Source: an uncultured Acidobacteriota bacterium (lineage in GTDB: Bacteria > Acidobacteriota > Thermoanaerobaculia > Multivoradales > UBA5704). Taken from it: a stretch of DNA of 64,000 nt. Shown in pieces: positions 9,940 through 19,113 of this stretch. The notes below the pieces were generated by a model. That model was given only the letters and a program-made list of their open reading frames with translations. It was not told where the DNA came from and searched no databases. The DNA is taken from assembly GCA_963770895.1 (NCBI GenBank), contig CAVYRF010000002.1, forward strand, positions 5,472,001 through 5,536,000, in the 5' to 3' direction. Position 1 is the first letter of the stretch. Each line of letters opens with the position of its first letter. The translations under genes and the position numbers were made by a program.

Positions 9940-10209
9940 ATGTGCCTAGCCATCCCCGGCAAGATCCTGGAGTTCGTGGAGCCCGCGCGCCAGCTGGCGG
10001 TCGTCGAAGTGTCCGGCGTGCGGCGTAAGATCAACGTCGACCTGCTCAACGACGCCCCCCTGGACCCCGGCGACTGGGTGCTGATCCACGTCGGTTTCGC
10101 GATGAGCAAGATCAGCGTCGAGCAGGCGGAGGAGCAGATGCGGCTCCTGGCGATGCTGGGAGAGGACAGCCAGGCGATGGAAGAGCTGCAAGGGTACAAG
10201 TTCTCATGA
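9940..10209 (+). CDS. hypC: Hydrogenase chaperone HypC
   Basis: MCLAIPGK start; GDWVLIHVGFA. Confidence 0.96.
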   Translation: MCLAIPGKILEFVEPARQLAVVEVSGVRRKINVDLLNDAPLDPGDWVLIHVGFAMSKISVEQAEEQMRLLAMLGEDSQAMEELQGYKFS

Positions 10210-10225
10210 CGGCGGGAGGTGACGC

Positions 10226-11341
10226 GTGAAATTCGTCGACGAGTTCCGGGACCCCCACCTGATCCGGCAGGCCGCGGCGGAGATCCGCCGGCTGGCCGAT
10301 CCGGACCGCCACTACCGCATCATGGAGGTCTGCGGCGGCCACACCCACTCGATCTACCGCTTCGCCCTGGGCGACCTGCTGCCCGAAAACATCGAGCTGG
10401 TGCACGGGCCGGGGTGCCCGGTGTGCGTGCTGCCGATGGGGCGCACCGACGACGGCCTGGCGGTGGCGGAGCGGCCGGAGGTGATCCTGACCGCGTTCGG
10501 CGACGTCATGCGGGTGCCCGGCACCAAGGGGAGCCCGCTGCAGCACAAGGCGCGCGGCGTCGACGTGCGCATGGTCTATTCGCCGCTCGACGCGCTGGCC
10601 CTGGCGCAGCGCGAGCCCGAGCGCCAGGTGGTGTTTTTCTCGATCGGCTTCGAGACCACGGCGCCCTCGACGGCGCTGACGCTGCGGCGCGCCCGCCAGC
10701 TGGGGCTGCGCAACTTCACCGTCTACTGCAACCACGTGACGATCATTCCCGCCATCCGCGCCATCCTGGATTCGCCCGGCATGCGGCTGGACGCCTTCAT
10801 CGGTCCCGGCCACGTCTCGACGGTGATCGGCTGCCGCCCCTACGAATTCGTCACCCAGGACTACGGCAAGCCGATCGTGGTCGCGGGCTTCGAACCGCTC
10901 GACCTGATGCAGTCGATCGTGATGATCCTGCGCCAGCTGCGCGACGGGCGGGCGGAGGTCGAAAACCAGTACTCGCGCGTGGTGCCCTGGGAGGGCAACA
11001 TGCCGGCGCTCCAGGCCATGGCCGAGACGTTCGAGCTGCGCCCCTACTTCGAATGGCGCGGGCTGGGCTTCATCTCGCAGTCGGCGCTCAAGATCCGCGA
11101 CTCCTACGCCGAATGGGACGCCGAGCAGCGCTTCAGCATGCCGGGGGTGCGCGTCACCGACCCCAAGGCGGCGCAATGCGGCGAGGTGCTCAAGGGGGTG
11201 CTCAAGCCGCCGCGCTGCAAGCTGTTCGGCAAGGAGTGCACGCCCGAAACGCCGGTCGGCGCGCTGATGGTCTCTTCCGAGGGCGCCTGCGCCGCCTACC
11301 ACCAATACGTGCTCCAGCGGGCTGCGGCGACGGGTGGCTGA
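10226..11341 (+). CDS. hypD: Hydrogenase maturation factor HypD
   Basis: MEVCGGHTH, GPGCPVCV, GFETT, PGHVS, MVSSEGAC. Confidence 0.97.
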   Translation: MKFVDEFRDPHLIRQAAAEIRRLADPDRHYRIMEVCGGHTHSIYRFALGDLLPENIELVHGPGCPVCVLPMGRTDDGLAVAERPEVILTAFGDVMRVPGTKGSPLQHKARGVDVRMVYSPLDALALAQREPERQVVFFSIGFETTAPSTALTLRRARQLGLRNFTVYCNHVTIIPAIRAILDSPGMRLDAFIGPGHVSTVIGCRPYEFVTQDYGKPIVVAGFEPLDLMQSIVMILRQLRDGRAEVENQYSRVVPWEGNMPALQAMAETFELRPYFEWRGLGFISQSALKIRDSYAEWDAEQRFSMPGVRVTDPKAAQCGEVLKGVLKPPRCKLFGKECTPETPVGALMVSSEGACAAYHQYVLQRAAATGG

Positions 11342-12377
11342 CTCGACCAACCGGCAGGTCCGCTTTCGCGACCCGCAGATCGAGATGGCGCACGGCGCCG
11401 GCGGCAAGGCCAGCCGGCGCCTGGTGGAAGGACTGTTCGCGCCGCTGTTCGGCGGCCCGCTGCTCGAGCCTTTGGGGGACGCCGCCTACCTGGACGTCAA
11501 CGGCAGCCGCCTGGCGCTGACCGCCGACAGCTTCGTGGTGCGGCCGCTGCGCTTCGCCGGCGGCTCCATCGGCGAGCTGGCGGTCAACGGCACCCTGAAC
11601 GACCTGGCGGTCGCCGGCGCCAGCCCGCTCGGCCTGCTGACCACCTTCGTGCTGGAGGCCGGCGTGGCGGGCGCGGTGGTGGAAGCCGAGGCGCGCGCCA
11701 TGGCCGCCGCCGCCGAGCGCGCCGGCGTCGCCATTCTGGGCGGCGACACCAAGGTGGTGGAGCACGGCAAGGCCGACGGCATGTACATCACGACCGCCGG
11801 GATCGGCGCCGTCGACCCGCGGGCGCGCTGCTCGCCGGCCGCGGTGCGCCCCGGCGACCAGGTGCTGCTGTCGGGGCCGATCGGCGATCACGGCATCACC
11901 ATCCTGCTGGCGCGCGGCGACGTCGACCTGGAAGCCGACCTGGCGTCCGACACCCGCCCGGTGTGGCCGCTGGTAGCGGCGCTGCTCGACGCCGCGGGCG
12001 GCGGCGTGCACTGGATGCGCGACCCGACGCGCGGCGGCGTGGCGACCTCGCTCAACGAGCTGGCGCGCGACAGCGGCCTGGGCGTCGTGCTGTTCGAGGA
12101 GCGTGTGCCGGTGCGCGAAGCGGTGCGCGGCGCCTGCGAGCTGCTGGGGCTCGACCCGCTGCACATCGCCAACGAAGGGCAGTTTCTGGCGGTGGTGGCG
12201 CCCGAGCTGGCGGAAGCGGCGCTGGCGGCGCTGCGGGCCGCCCCCGGCGGCCAGGACGCTGTGCTGCTGGGCGAGGTGCGCGCCGAGCCGGTGCGCGCCG
12301 TGCTGGCGATCTCCGCCTACGGCGGCGCGCGCGTGGTGGACATGCTGGTCGGCGACCCGCTGCCCAGGATCTGCTAG
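11334..12377 (+). CDS. hypE: Carbamoyl dehydratase HypE
   Basis: AHGAGG, GGDTKVV, RDPTRGG, ANEG, C-terminal LPRIC. Confidence 0.97.
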   Translation: MADSTNRQVRFRDPQIEMAHGAGGKASRRLVEGLFAPLFGGPLLEPLGDAAYLDVNGSRLALTADSFVVRPLRFAGGSIGELAVNGTLNDLAVAGASPLGLLTTFVLEAGVAGAVVEAEARAMAAAAERAGVAILGGDTKVVEHGKADGMYITTAGIGAVDPRARCSPAAVRPGDQVLLSGPIGDHGITILLARGDVDLEADLASDTRPVWPLVAALLDAAGGGVHWMRDPTRGGVATSLNELARDSGLGVVLFEERVPVREAVRGACELLGLDPLHIANEGQFLAVVAPELAEAALAALRAAPGGQDAVLLGEVRAEPVRAVLAISAYGGARVVDMLVGDPLPRIC

Positions 12378-12422
12378 GGGAAGCAGCGGGATGCCCGGCA
12401 GACAAAGAGTGGACCGCTGCCA

Positions 12423-13766
12423 ATGACGCCGACAACTCCGATCACACCGACGCCGCCGCCAGCTCCGACGGCGCCGGAGGACGGGCTGGCCCTGGAAGCG
12501 GCTGCCGGGCGGGCCGCGGATGCGGCGGGTGCCGCGGCCGGCGCGGATGCGGAGTCGACGTTGCTGGCGGCGCTGGCGGCACAGGTGGCGGCGGGGCTGC
12601 GCGAGCGCAACCGGATCTCGCGCCAGCTGTTTCCGCGCGAGGCGGGGCGCCTGGCGGCGGCGTGCCGCGAGATGTCCGAGCGGTTCTTGCGCGGCGGGCG
12701 GCTGCTGGCGTTCGGGCGGGCACACGCGGCGACCGATGCGCAGCACGTGGCGGTGGAATTTGTGCACCCGGTGATCGTCGGCAAGCGGGCGCTGCCGGCC
12801 CTGGACCTGTCGGCGGCGTTCCGCGAGTGGTTGCCGGCGATCGTGCGGCCGGAAGACATCGTGATGGGGTTTGGACCGCCGGCGGGGGACGCGGAGGTCG
12901 CGGCGGCGCTGGCCGTGGCGCGGCAGCGCGGGGCGATGACCTTCGCGTTGCCGGCGAGCGGCGCGGAGGCCGACTACGCGGTGGCGTCGCCGTCGGCCGA
13001 TCCGTACATCCACCAGGAGCTGCTGGAAGTCCTGTACCACACGCTGTGGGAGAGCGTGCACGTATTTTTCGAGCACCGCGAGATGGGGCACGACGTCGGC
13101 AGCTCCGGCTTTCTCTACCCGTTCCTGGGGCGGCAGAAGCAGGACACTTCCGGCATCGTCGAGCAGGTCGCGGCGTCGATCCTGGCCAAGGCGGCGGACG
13201 ACGAAGCGCTGCGCGAGACGACGGCGGAGCGCGACGCCGGCGCCATCGCCGCCGCCGCCCTGGCCATCCACCGCAGCGTCGCCGCCGGCGGCACGCTGCT
13301 GCTCTTCGGCAACGGCGGTTCGGCCACCGACGCCAACGATTGGGCGCTCGACTGCGCCGTGCCGGCCAAGCCGCGGCGGCCGATCGCCGCCGTATCGCTG
13401 TCCATGGAGCCGGCCAGCCTGAGCGCCATCGCCAACGACGTGGGCGCCGAGGCGGTGTTCCTGCGCCAGCTGATCGCCCAGGCGCGGCGCGGCGACGTGG
13501 CGGTCGCGATTTCGACCAGCGGCGGCTCGGCCAACATCCTGGCGGCGCTCGAAGAGGCGCGCAAGCGGGGCATGCTGACCGTGGCCCTCCTGGGCTACGA
13601 CGGTGGGGAAGTGGTGCGGCGGGGGCTCGCGGACCACGCGCTGGTGGTGCGCTGCGACTACGTGCCGCGCATCCAGGAGATCCAGGCGTCGATCTATCAC
13701 GCTATCCTGGACGCCATGGAGAGCTGCGGCGGCGGCGCCGCCGCGGCCGACGACGACCATGGCTAG
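12423..13766 (+). CDS. Tandem SIS-domain (GmhA-like) protein of hydrogenase clusters
   Basis: Degenerate first SIS domain (DAQHVAVEFVHPVIVGKRALPA) fused to a second (FGNGGSATDA, ISTSGGSAN, PRIQE); start uncertain. Confidence 0.82.
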   Translation: MTPTTPITPTPPPAPTAPEDGLALEAAAGRAADAAGAAAGADAESTLLAALAAQVAAGLRERNRISRQLFPREAGRLAAACREMSERFLRGGRLLAFGRAHAATDAQHVAVEFVHPVIVGKRALPALDLSAAFREWLPAIVRPEDIVMGFGPPAGDAEVAAALAVARQRGAMTFALPASGAEADYAVASPSADPYIHQELLEVLYHTLWESVHVFFEHREMGHDVGSSGFLYPFLGRQKQDTSGIVEQVAASILAKAADDEALRETTAERDAGAIAAAALAIHRSVAAGGTLLLFGNGGSATDANDWALDCAVPAKPRRPIAAVSLSMEPASLSAIANDVGAEAVFLRQLIAQARRGDVAVAISTSGGSANILAALEEARKRGMLTVALLGYDGGEVVRRGLADHALVVRCDYVPRIQEIQASIYHAILDAMESCGGGAAAADDDHG

Positions 13767-14058
13767 CAAAATCGAGCTGTACGGCACCGACAGCTGCCCG
13801 TTCACCGCCGAGCTGCGCGAGCAGCTGCAGTGGGACGGCGTCAGCTTCGTCGAATACGACGTGGAAGCCGACCCGGAGGCGGCGCGGCGGCTGGCGGCGC
13901 TGATCGAAGCGCCGGCGCGGGTGCCGGTGCTGGTCGAAGACGGGCGCGTGACCACGGTCGGCTGGCAGGGCCGCACCTGCATGGTCGATCTGAGCGCGGT
14001 GCCGGCGCCCTTGCCGCCGCCGCCGTCGCCCGATTCCGAGCCTTCCGGGAGCCACTGA
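13759..14058 (+). CDS. Glutaredoxin/NrdH-like redoxin
   Basis: MASKIELYGTDSCPFT, EYDVE, cis-Pro motif RVPVL, second Cys in GWQGRTC. Confidence 0.8.
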   Translation: MASKIELYGTDSCPFTAELREQLQWDGVSFVEYDVEADPEAARRLAALIEAPARVPVLVEDGRVTTVGWQGRTCMVDLSAVPAPLPPPPSPDSEPSGSH

Positions 14059-14059
14059 C

Positions 14060-16951
14060 GTGACGCCAGCCGACCCGCCACCCAGCCGCGCGGTGGGTGA
14101 CGCGGCCGCGGCGCCTCCGGCAACCTTGGCCACTGCCGCGACACCGGCGACCGAGGCAACTCAGGCGAAGTCGGCCACCCCGACTGCCGCGGAAGCACCG
14201 GTCGCCTTGGCAGATCCGACTGCTCCGGCCAACCCTGATACTTTTCGGACCCCGGCGACGCAGGCGAAATCGGCTACGGCTGCCGCCCCGGAAGGAGCGA
14301 TCTCCCCGGCGACGGCAGCAGATCTGGCCACACCGGCCGCTGCGGCCGCCCCGGCGGCTGCCGGCAGCTCGGCGTCCCCTGTGGACGCCTTGGCCGCCGT
14401 TGCGCCAGGGCCGCCGCCGCCGGCGCTGCCGACGGTCAACGCGCGGCGGCTGCGGGTCGCAGGCGTCGTGCAGGGGGTGGGTTTCAGGCCGTTCGTGTAC
14501 CGGCTGGCGCGCGACGCCGGAGTTACCGGCTGGGTGCGCAACGGCGCCGGCGGGGTCGAGATCCACGTCGAGGGGCACGCGGCGGCGCTGGACCGCTTCG
14601 TCGCGCGGCTGCAAGCGGAGCCGCCGGCGGCGGCGCGCATTTCCCAGGTCGAGATCGCCGCGGCGACCGCCACCGGCGCCGTGGGGTTCCACATCCACGA
14701 CAGTGCCGCGACCGACCGGCCGACGGCGCGCATCGCGCCCGATCTGCCAGTGTGCGACGCTTGCCTGGCCGAGCTGGCCGATGCGGCCGACCGGCGCTTC
14801 CGCTATCCGTACATCAACTGCACCGACTGCGGACCGCGCTATTCGCTCGTCCTGGGGCTGCCCTACGACCGCGCGCAGACCACCATGCGGGAATGGCCGC
14901 TGTGCGCAGACTGCGCGGGCGAGTATGCCGACCCCGGCGAACGCCGCTTTCATGCCGAACCGGTCGCCTGCCCGGCATGCGGTCCGCGCTACCGGCTGGT
15001 GCGTGCAGACGGGGTGGCTGCCGACGGCGGCGCCAGTTCCGTCTCCGACGACTCCGGGGGGTGGGAGGCGATCGTCGAGGCCGCCCGGCTTCTTGCCCAG
15101 GGCGCCCTGGTTGCGGTCAAGGGAGTGGGGGGGTACCACCTGGCGTGCGATGCCGTCAATGGCGCGGCGGTGGCCGCGTTGCGTGAGCGCAAGTTCCGCA
15201 AGGAGAAGCCGTTCGCGGTGATGGCGCGCGACCTGGCGGCGGCGCGGCGGGCGGTCGAGCTGGATGCCGCCGGCGAGGCGCTGCTTGTCGCAGCGGCGCG
15301 GCCGATCGTGCTGGCGCCGGCGCGGCGCGACCTGGACCAGGTCGCGCCCGGCAACCGTGACCTGGGGGTGATGCTGCCCTATACGCCGCTGCATCACCTG
15401 CTGTTCGCGGCGGGCGCGCCCGAGCTGCTGGTGATGACCAGCGCCAACCGGTCGAGCGAGCCGATCGCCTACCGCGACGCGGAGGCACTGGAGCGGCTGG
15501 CCGGCATCGCCGACGCGTTCCTGGTGGGCGAGCGCCCGATCGCGCGGCGGGTGGACGATTCGGTGGCGCGCGCCGGGGTGCTGGGTCCCGCGATCCTGCG
15601 CCGCTCCCGCGGCTACGCCCCCGGTATCGTGGCGCGCCTGCCGGACGCAGGGCCGCTGCTGGCGGTCGGCGCCGATCTCAAGAACACCGTGACGCTGGTC
15701 GTCGGCGGCGAGGCGCTGGTCAGCCAGCACGTCGGTGACCTGGATCAGCTGGCGGCGCTGGAGGCGTTCCGCGACACCGCCCGCGACCTGGTGGCGATGT
15801 ACGGGCTGCGCTTTGAGGAGCTGACGGTGGTGCACGACCTGCACCCCCAGTATGCATCCACCCTGTACGCCCGCGACCTGCCGGCGCGGCGGACGCTCGC
15901 GGTGCAGCACCACCGCGCCCACGTCGCGTCGGTGCTGGCCGAGCGCGGCGAGCTGGCGCGGCGGGTCCTGGGCGTCGCCCTGGACGGCACCGGCTACGGC
16001 GACGACGGCACGATCTGGGGCGGCGAGGTGTTCTGCGGCAGCGTCGCCGCGGGTTTCGAGCGGGTCGCCGCGCTGCGCCCGGCGGCGCTGCCGGGCGGCG
16101 ACGCCGCGGCGCTGCACCCGGTGCAGGCGGCGGCCGGCCTGCTGGCCGAGATCGACGGCCTCCCCGACCTGCTGGCGGCGCCGTTTCACTTCCCGGCGCG
16201 CTACACGCAGGCCCGCCAGCTGGTGGACAAGGGGGTGCGCACGTTCCGCACCAGCTCGGCGGGGCGGCTGTTCGACACCGCCGCGGCGCTGCTCGGCTTC
16301 ACCCGCGCGGTCAGCTACGAAGGACAGGCCGCGATCTGGCTCGAACAGCTGGCGCGCGCCGCGCCGCCGGTGGCGGACCTGCCGTTCGGGGTCGTCGCGC
16401 CAGGACCTGGCGGTGCCGGACGTGACGGCGCGGAAGCCGGCGGCATGGCGTACGGCACGGGCGGCGCGATGGGCGGCGCGGGCGCGGGGGCCGCCGGCAG
16501 CGCGGCCGCTGGCGCCATCCTGGAGCTGGACCCGCGGCCGGCGCTTCTCGCCCTGGCAACCGAACGCCGCCGCGGGCGTGACGTAGGCGAGCTGGCGCGC
16601 GCGTTTCACGGCGCCGTCGCCGCGGGACTTGCCGTCTGCCTGGTGGACCTGGGCGCCGCGCACGGCGTCGACACGGTGGTGCTGTCGGGCGGCGTCTTCC
16701 AGAACGAGCTGCTGCTGGGCGAGCTGGCGCGCCGCCTGGCCGCGGCCGGGATGGCGCCGTGGACCAACCAGCAGGTGCCGCCCAACGACGGCGGCATCAG
16801 CCTGGGACAGGCGGCGCTAGTGGCCTGTGCCGCCCCAGCCGTCGAGGGCAAGCCAGGCGCTATGGATTTTGCTGGACCAGGCCGCTCAGCTGCGGCTTCG
16901 CCGGCCGCGCCGGCCCCTGCCGGGGCGGCGCCGGTCGGGCCCGCCGCCTAA
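14060..16951 (+). CDS. hypF: Carbamoyltransferase HypF
   Basis: GVVQGVGFRPFVY acylphosphatase domain, zinc-finger Cys pairs, KGVGGYHL, HDLHP, QHHRAH, NDGGISLGQ; Ala/Pro/Thr-rich N-terminus makes the start uncertain. Confidence 0.95.
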   Translation: MTPADPPPSRAVGDAAAAPPATLATAATPATEATQAKSATPTAAEAPVALADPTAPANPDTFRTPATQAKSATAAAPEGAISPATAADLATPAAAAAPAAAGSSASPVDALAAVAPGPPPPALPTVNARRLRVAGVVQGVGFRPFVYRLARDAGVTGWVRNGAGGVEIHVEGHAAALDRFVARLQAEPPAAARISQVEIAAATATGAVGFHIHDSAATDRPTARIAPDLPVCDACLAELADAADRRFRYPYINCTDCGPRYSLVLGLPYDRAQTTMREWPLCADCAGEYADPGERRFHAEPVACPACGPRYRLVRADGVAADGGASSVSDDSGGWEAIVEAARLLAQGALVAVKGVGGYHLACDAVNGAAVAALRERKFRKEKPFAVMARDLAAARRAVELDAAGEALLVAAARPIVLAPARRDLDQVAPGNRDLGVMLPYTPLHHLLFAAGAPELLVMTSANRSSEPIAYRDAEALERLAGIADAFLVGERPIARRVDDSVARAGVLGPAILRRSRGYAPGIVARLPDAGPLLAVGADLKNTVTLVVGGEALVSQHVGDLDQLAALEAFRDTARDLVAMYGLRFEELTVVHDLHPQYASTLYARDLPARRTLAVQHHRAHVASVLAERGELARRVLGVALDGTGYGDDGTIWGGEVFCGSVAAGFERVAALRPAALPGGDAAALHPVQAAAGLLAEIDGLPDLLAAPFHFPARYTQARQLVDKGVRTFRTSSAGRLFDTAAALLGFTRAVSYEGQAAIWLEQLARAAPPVADLPFGVVAPGPGGAGRDGAEAGGMAYGTGGAMGGAGAGAAGSAAAGAILELDPRPALLALATERRRGRDVGELARAFHGAVAAGLAVCLVDLGAAHGVDTVVLSGGVFQNELLLGELARRLAAAGMAPWTNQQVPPNDGGISLGQAALVACAAPAVEGKPGAMDFAGPGRSAAASPAAPAPAGAAPVGPAA
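16830..16890. repeat. Copy of a dispersed ~60-bp element inside the hypF 3' end
   Basis: GCCGTCGAGGGCAAGCCAGGCGC (16838-16860) is the exact reverse complement of 18730-18752; similarity extends on both sides. Confidence 0.7.
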
Positions 16952-17022
16952 ACCTTCCGGCGCCGCCTGCGTAGCTTTCGTGACAGCGGTTTTCATCGCC
17001 AACGATCCTCGCAGGAGGTGCC

Positions 17023-18168
17023 ATGCAGCGACGTGTTTCCTTGTTGTCCGTACTCTTGACGGCGGGCGCGCTTGCCGCCGTGCCGGCCACAGCGCAGTTC
17101 GTCAACCTGCCGCCTTCGGGCGGCAACCAGCGGGCGGAGGTGGAGCAGCACCTCGGCCTGGTCAGCGTCAGCATCGAGTACAGCAGCCCGCACGTGCATA
17201 GCGCGGCGGGGGTGGATCGCAAGGGCCAGATCTGGGGGAAGCTGGTGCCGTATGGCATGGCCAACCTGGGCTTCGGCACCTGCGGCGATCAGTGCCCGTG
17301 GCGCGGCGGCGCCAACGAGAACACGGTGTTCACCACCTCGCACGACATCCTGGTGCAGGGTCAGCCGCTGCCGGCTGGCAGGTACGGCCTGCACTTCATT
17401 CCCGGCCCCGACGAATGGACCATCATCTTTTCGAAGAACTCGACGTCGTGGGGAAGCTTTTTCTATGACGCCAAGGAAGACATGTTGCGGGTCAAGGCAA
17501 AGCCCGAGGCGGCCGAGTACCGCGAGGTGCTGACCTACGAGTTCCCGGAGCGGCGCCTGGACACGGCGACGGCGGCCCTGGAATGGGAAAACCTCAAGCT
17601 GCCCTTCGTCATCACGGTCAGCGACGTGCCGGGCCTGTACGTGGAATCGCTGCGCAAGCAGCTGCAATCGACCGCCGGTTTCAGCTGGGAAGGGCGTCAT
17701 GCGGCCGCCCAGTACTGCCTGACCAACAAGACGCACCTGGATCAGGGGCTGCGCTGGGCGGAGGAATCGATCGACGCCAACCTCGGCGGCCAGACGAACT
17801 TTGCCAATTACCTGCTGATCTCGCAGTTGCAGGAGGCGACCGGCAAATCCGCCGAAGCGCACGCCACGCTCGAAAAAGCTCTGGCCGATCCGAACGCCGG
17901 CGCGGTCGAGGTGCACGTGTACGGGCGCCAGCTGCTGGCGGAGCACAAGACCCAGGAAGCCATGAAGGTCTTCGAGATGAACGCCAAGCGCCACCCCAAC
18001 CAATGGCCGGTTCACCTGGGCCTGGGGCGCGGGTACGCGGCGCTGGGCCGCACCCAGGAGGCGATCGCCGAGCTGAAGCTGGCCCAGCCCCAGGCGCCGG
18101 ACGACGTCAACCGCAAGAACATCGGCGACCTGATCGACAAGCTGAAGGCGGGCAAATCGATCGATTGA
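17023..18168 (+). CDS. Exported DUF2911-domain protein with C-terminal TPRs
   Basis: AGGAGG SD, signal peptide, YSSP..IWGKLVPYG, WRGGANENT, TPR-like helices. Confidence 0.85.
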   Translation: MQRRVSLLSVLLTAGALAAVPATAQFVNLPPSGGNQRAEVEQHLGLVSVSIEYSSPHVHSAAGVDRKGQIWGKLVPYGMANLGFGTCGDQCPWRGGANENTVFTTSHDILVQGQPLPAGRYGLHFIPGPDEWTIIFSKNSTSWGSFFYDAKEDMLRVKAKPEAAEYREVLTYEFPERRLDTATAALEWENLKLPFVITVSDVPGLYVESLRKQLQSTAGFSWEGRHAAAQYCLTNKTHLDQGLRWAEESIDANLGGQTNFANYLLISQLQEATGKSAEAHATLEKALADPNAGAVEVHVYGRQLLAEHKTQEAMKVFEMNAKRHPNQWPVHLGLGRGYAALGRTQEAIAELKLAQPQAPDDVNRKNIGDLIDKLKAGKSID

Positions 18169-18266
18169 CCGCACACGGGCATCCAGCTTGCAAACTGTTC
18201 ATGCCGCGGGGGCCGCAAGGCCCCCGATCTCAAACGCGGGCCGCATGGGCTCGCAGGAGGAGGCGT

Positions 18267-18626
18267 ATGAGCATCCAAGCAAGCAGGCAGCTGAGGGCGT
18301 TGGTCGTGGCGGTGGGCGTGGTGGTCGCGTGCCTGAGCGTGGCCGGCTGCTACGCGGGACCGGCGGGTGTGGAAGTCGGCGCCGACTACGAAGTCGGTGG
18401 ACCGCCGCCGCCGTTGCAGGACGAGGTCGTCGTTGCGACACCCGGCCCCGATTTCGTCTGGGTAGGCGGTCACTACGAATATGGTGTCGACGCCAAGTCC
18501 TACACCTGGAGAGCGGGATCCTGGCAGCATCCGCCGCATGCGGGCGCGACCTGGGTGGCGCCCCGCTACGAAGAGCGCGGCGGCAAGCGGATCTATCACG
18601 CCGGCCATTGGGATCACCACCGGTAG
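18267..18626 (+). CDS. YXWGXW-repeat lipoprotein
   Basis: AGGAGG SD; lipobox VAGC; PPPLQDE, FVWVGGHY, YTWRAGSW, TWVAPRY, AGHW repeats. Confidence 0.85.
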   Translation: MSIQASRQLRALVVAVGVVVACLSVAGCYAGPAGVEVGADYEVGGPPPPLQDEVVVATPGPDFVWVGGHYEYGVDAKSYTWRAGSWQHPPHAGATWVAPRYEERGGKRIYHAGHWDHHR

Positions 18627-18700
18627 CCCGGAGCAGGTTTGAGCTGGAGGATTTTCCGTCCCAGGGGCGGCGCTGCCTGAGGCAGCGGCCGCCTCGCTCT

Positions 18701-18868
18701 GCTGGTGGCCTGTCCTGTTCGAATCGAAAGCGCCTGGCTTGCCCTCGACGGCGGGTGCGGCGTTGCGCCTCCTCGACATAGTTCCGACTATGCCTGCGTC
18801 GGCGCGCCTGGCCCCCGCCGCCGAATGGCGGCGCCATCCGCTTTCGATTTCTCCAGGACAGGCCACTC
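18701..18868. repeat. Intergenic palindromic (REP/MITE-like) element
   Basis: GTGGCCTGTCCTG..AATCGAAAGCG (~18705-18732) pairs with CGCTTTCGATT..CAGGACAGGCCAC (~18839-18866). Confidence 0.6.
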
Positions 18869-19113
18869 GTCTTCCCGCCTTTGCCCGATCGCCCGCAAGT
18901 CGGGCCTGCAACATCTCGGTGACAGCACTTTAGACGGCACCGCAAGGGGGGGCTGTCGCGCTTTGGACGTTGCTCCACACTTTATAGGCATGGTACGGCC
19001 CTGCCGGGTCTGAACAGTACCCGCAGCGTGGCGCCGCCGGTGCGCAGCAATCCTTCGTCAGCATTTGCCGGCCGGACAGATAAGCGTTGCGACTCATCGT
19101 GGAGGCAACAGAG

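Noticed and set aside
11202-16663. Long minus-strand ORFs (998 aa, 940 aa)
   Set aside because: Antisense shadows of hypE/SIS/hypF caused by high GC3; Arg/Gly-rich with no motifs
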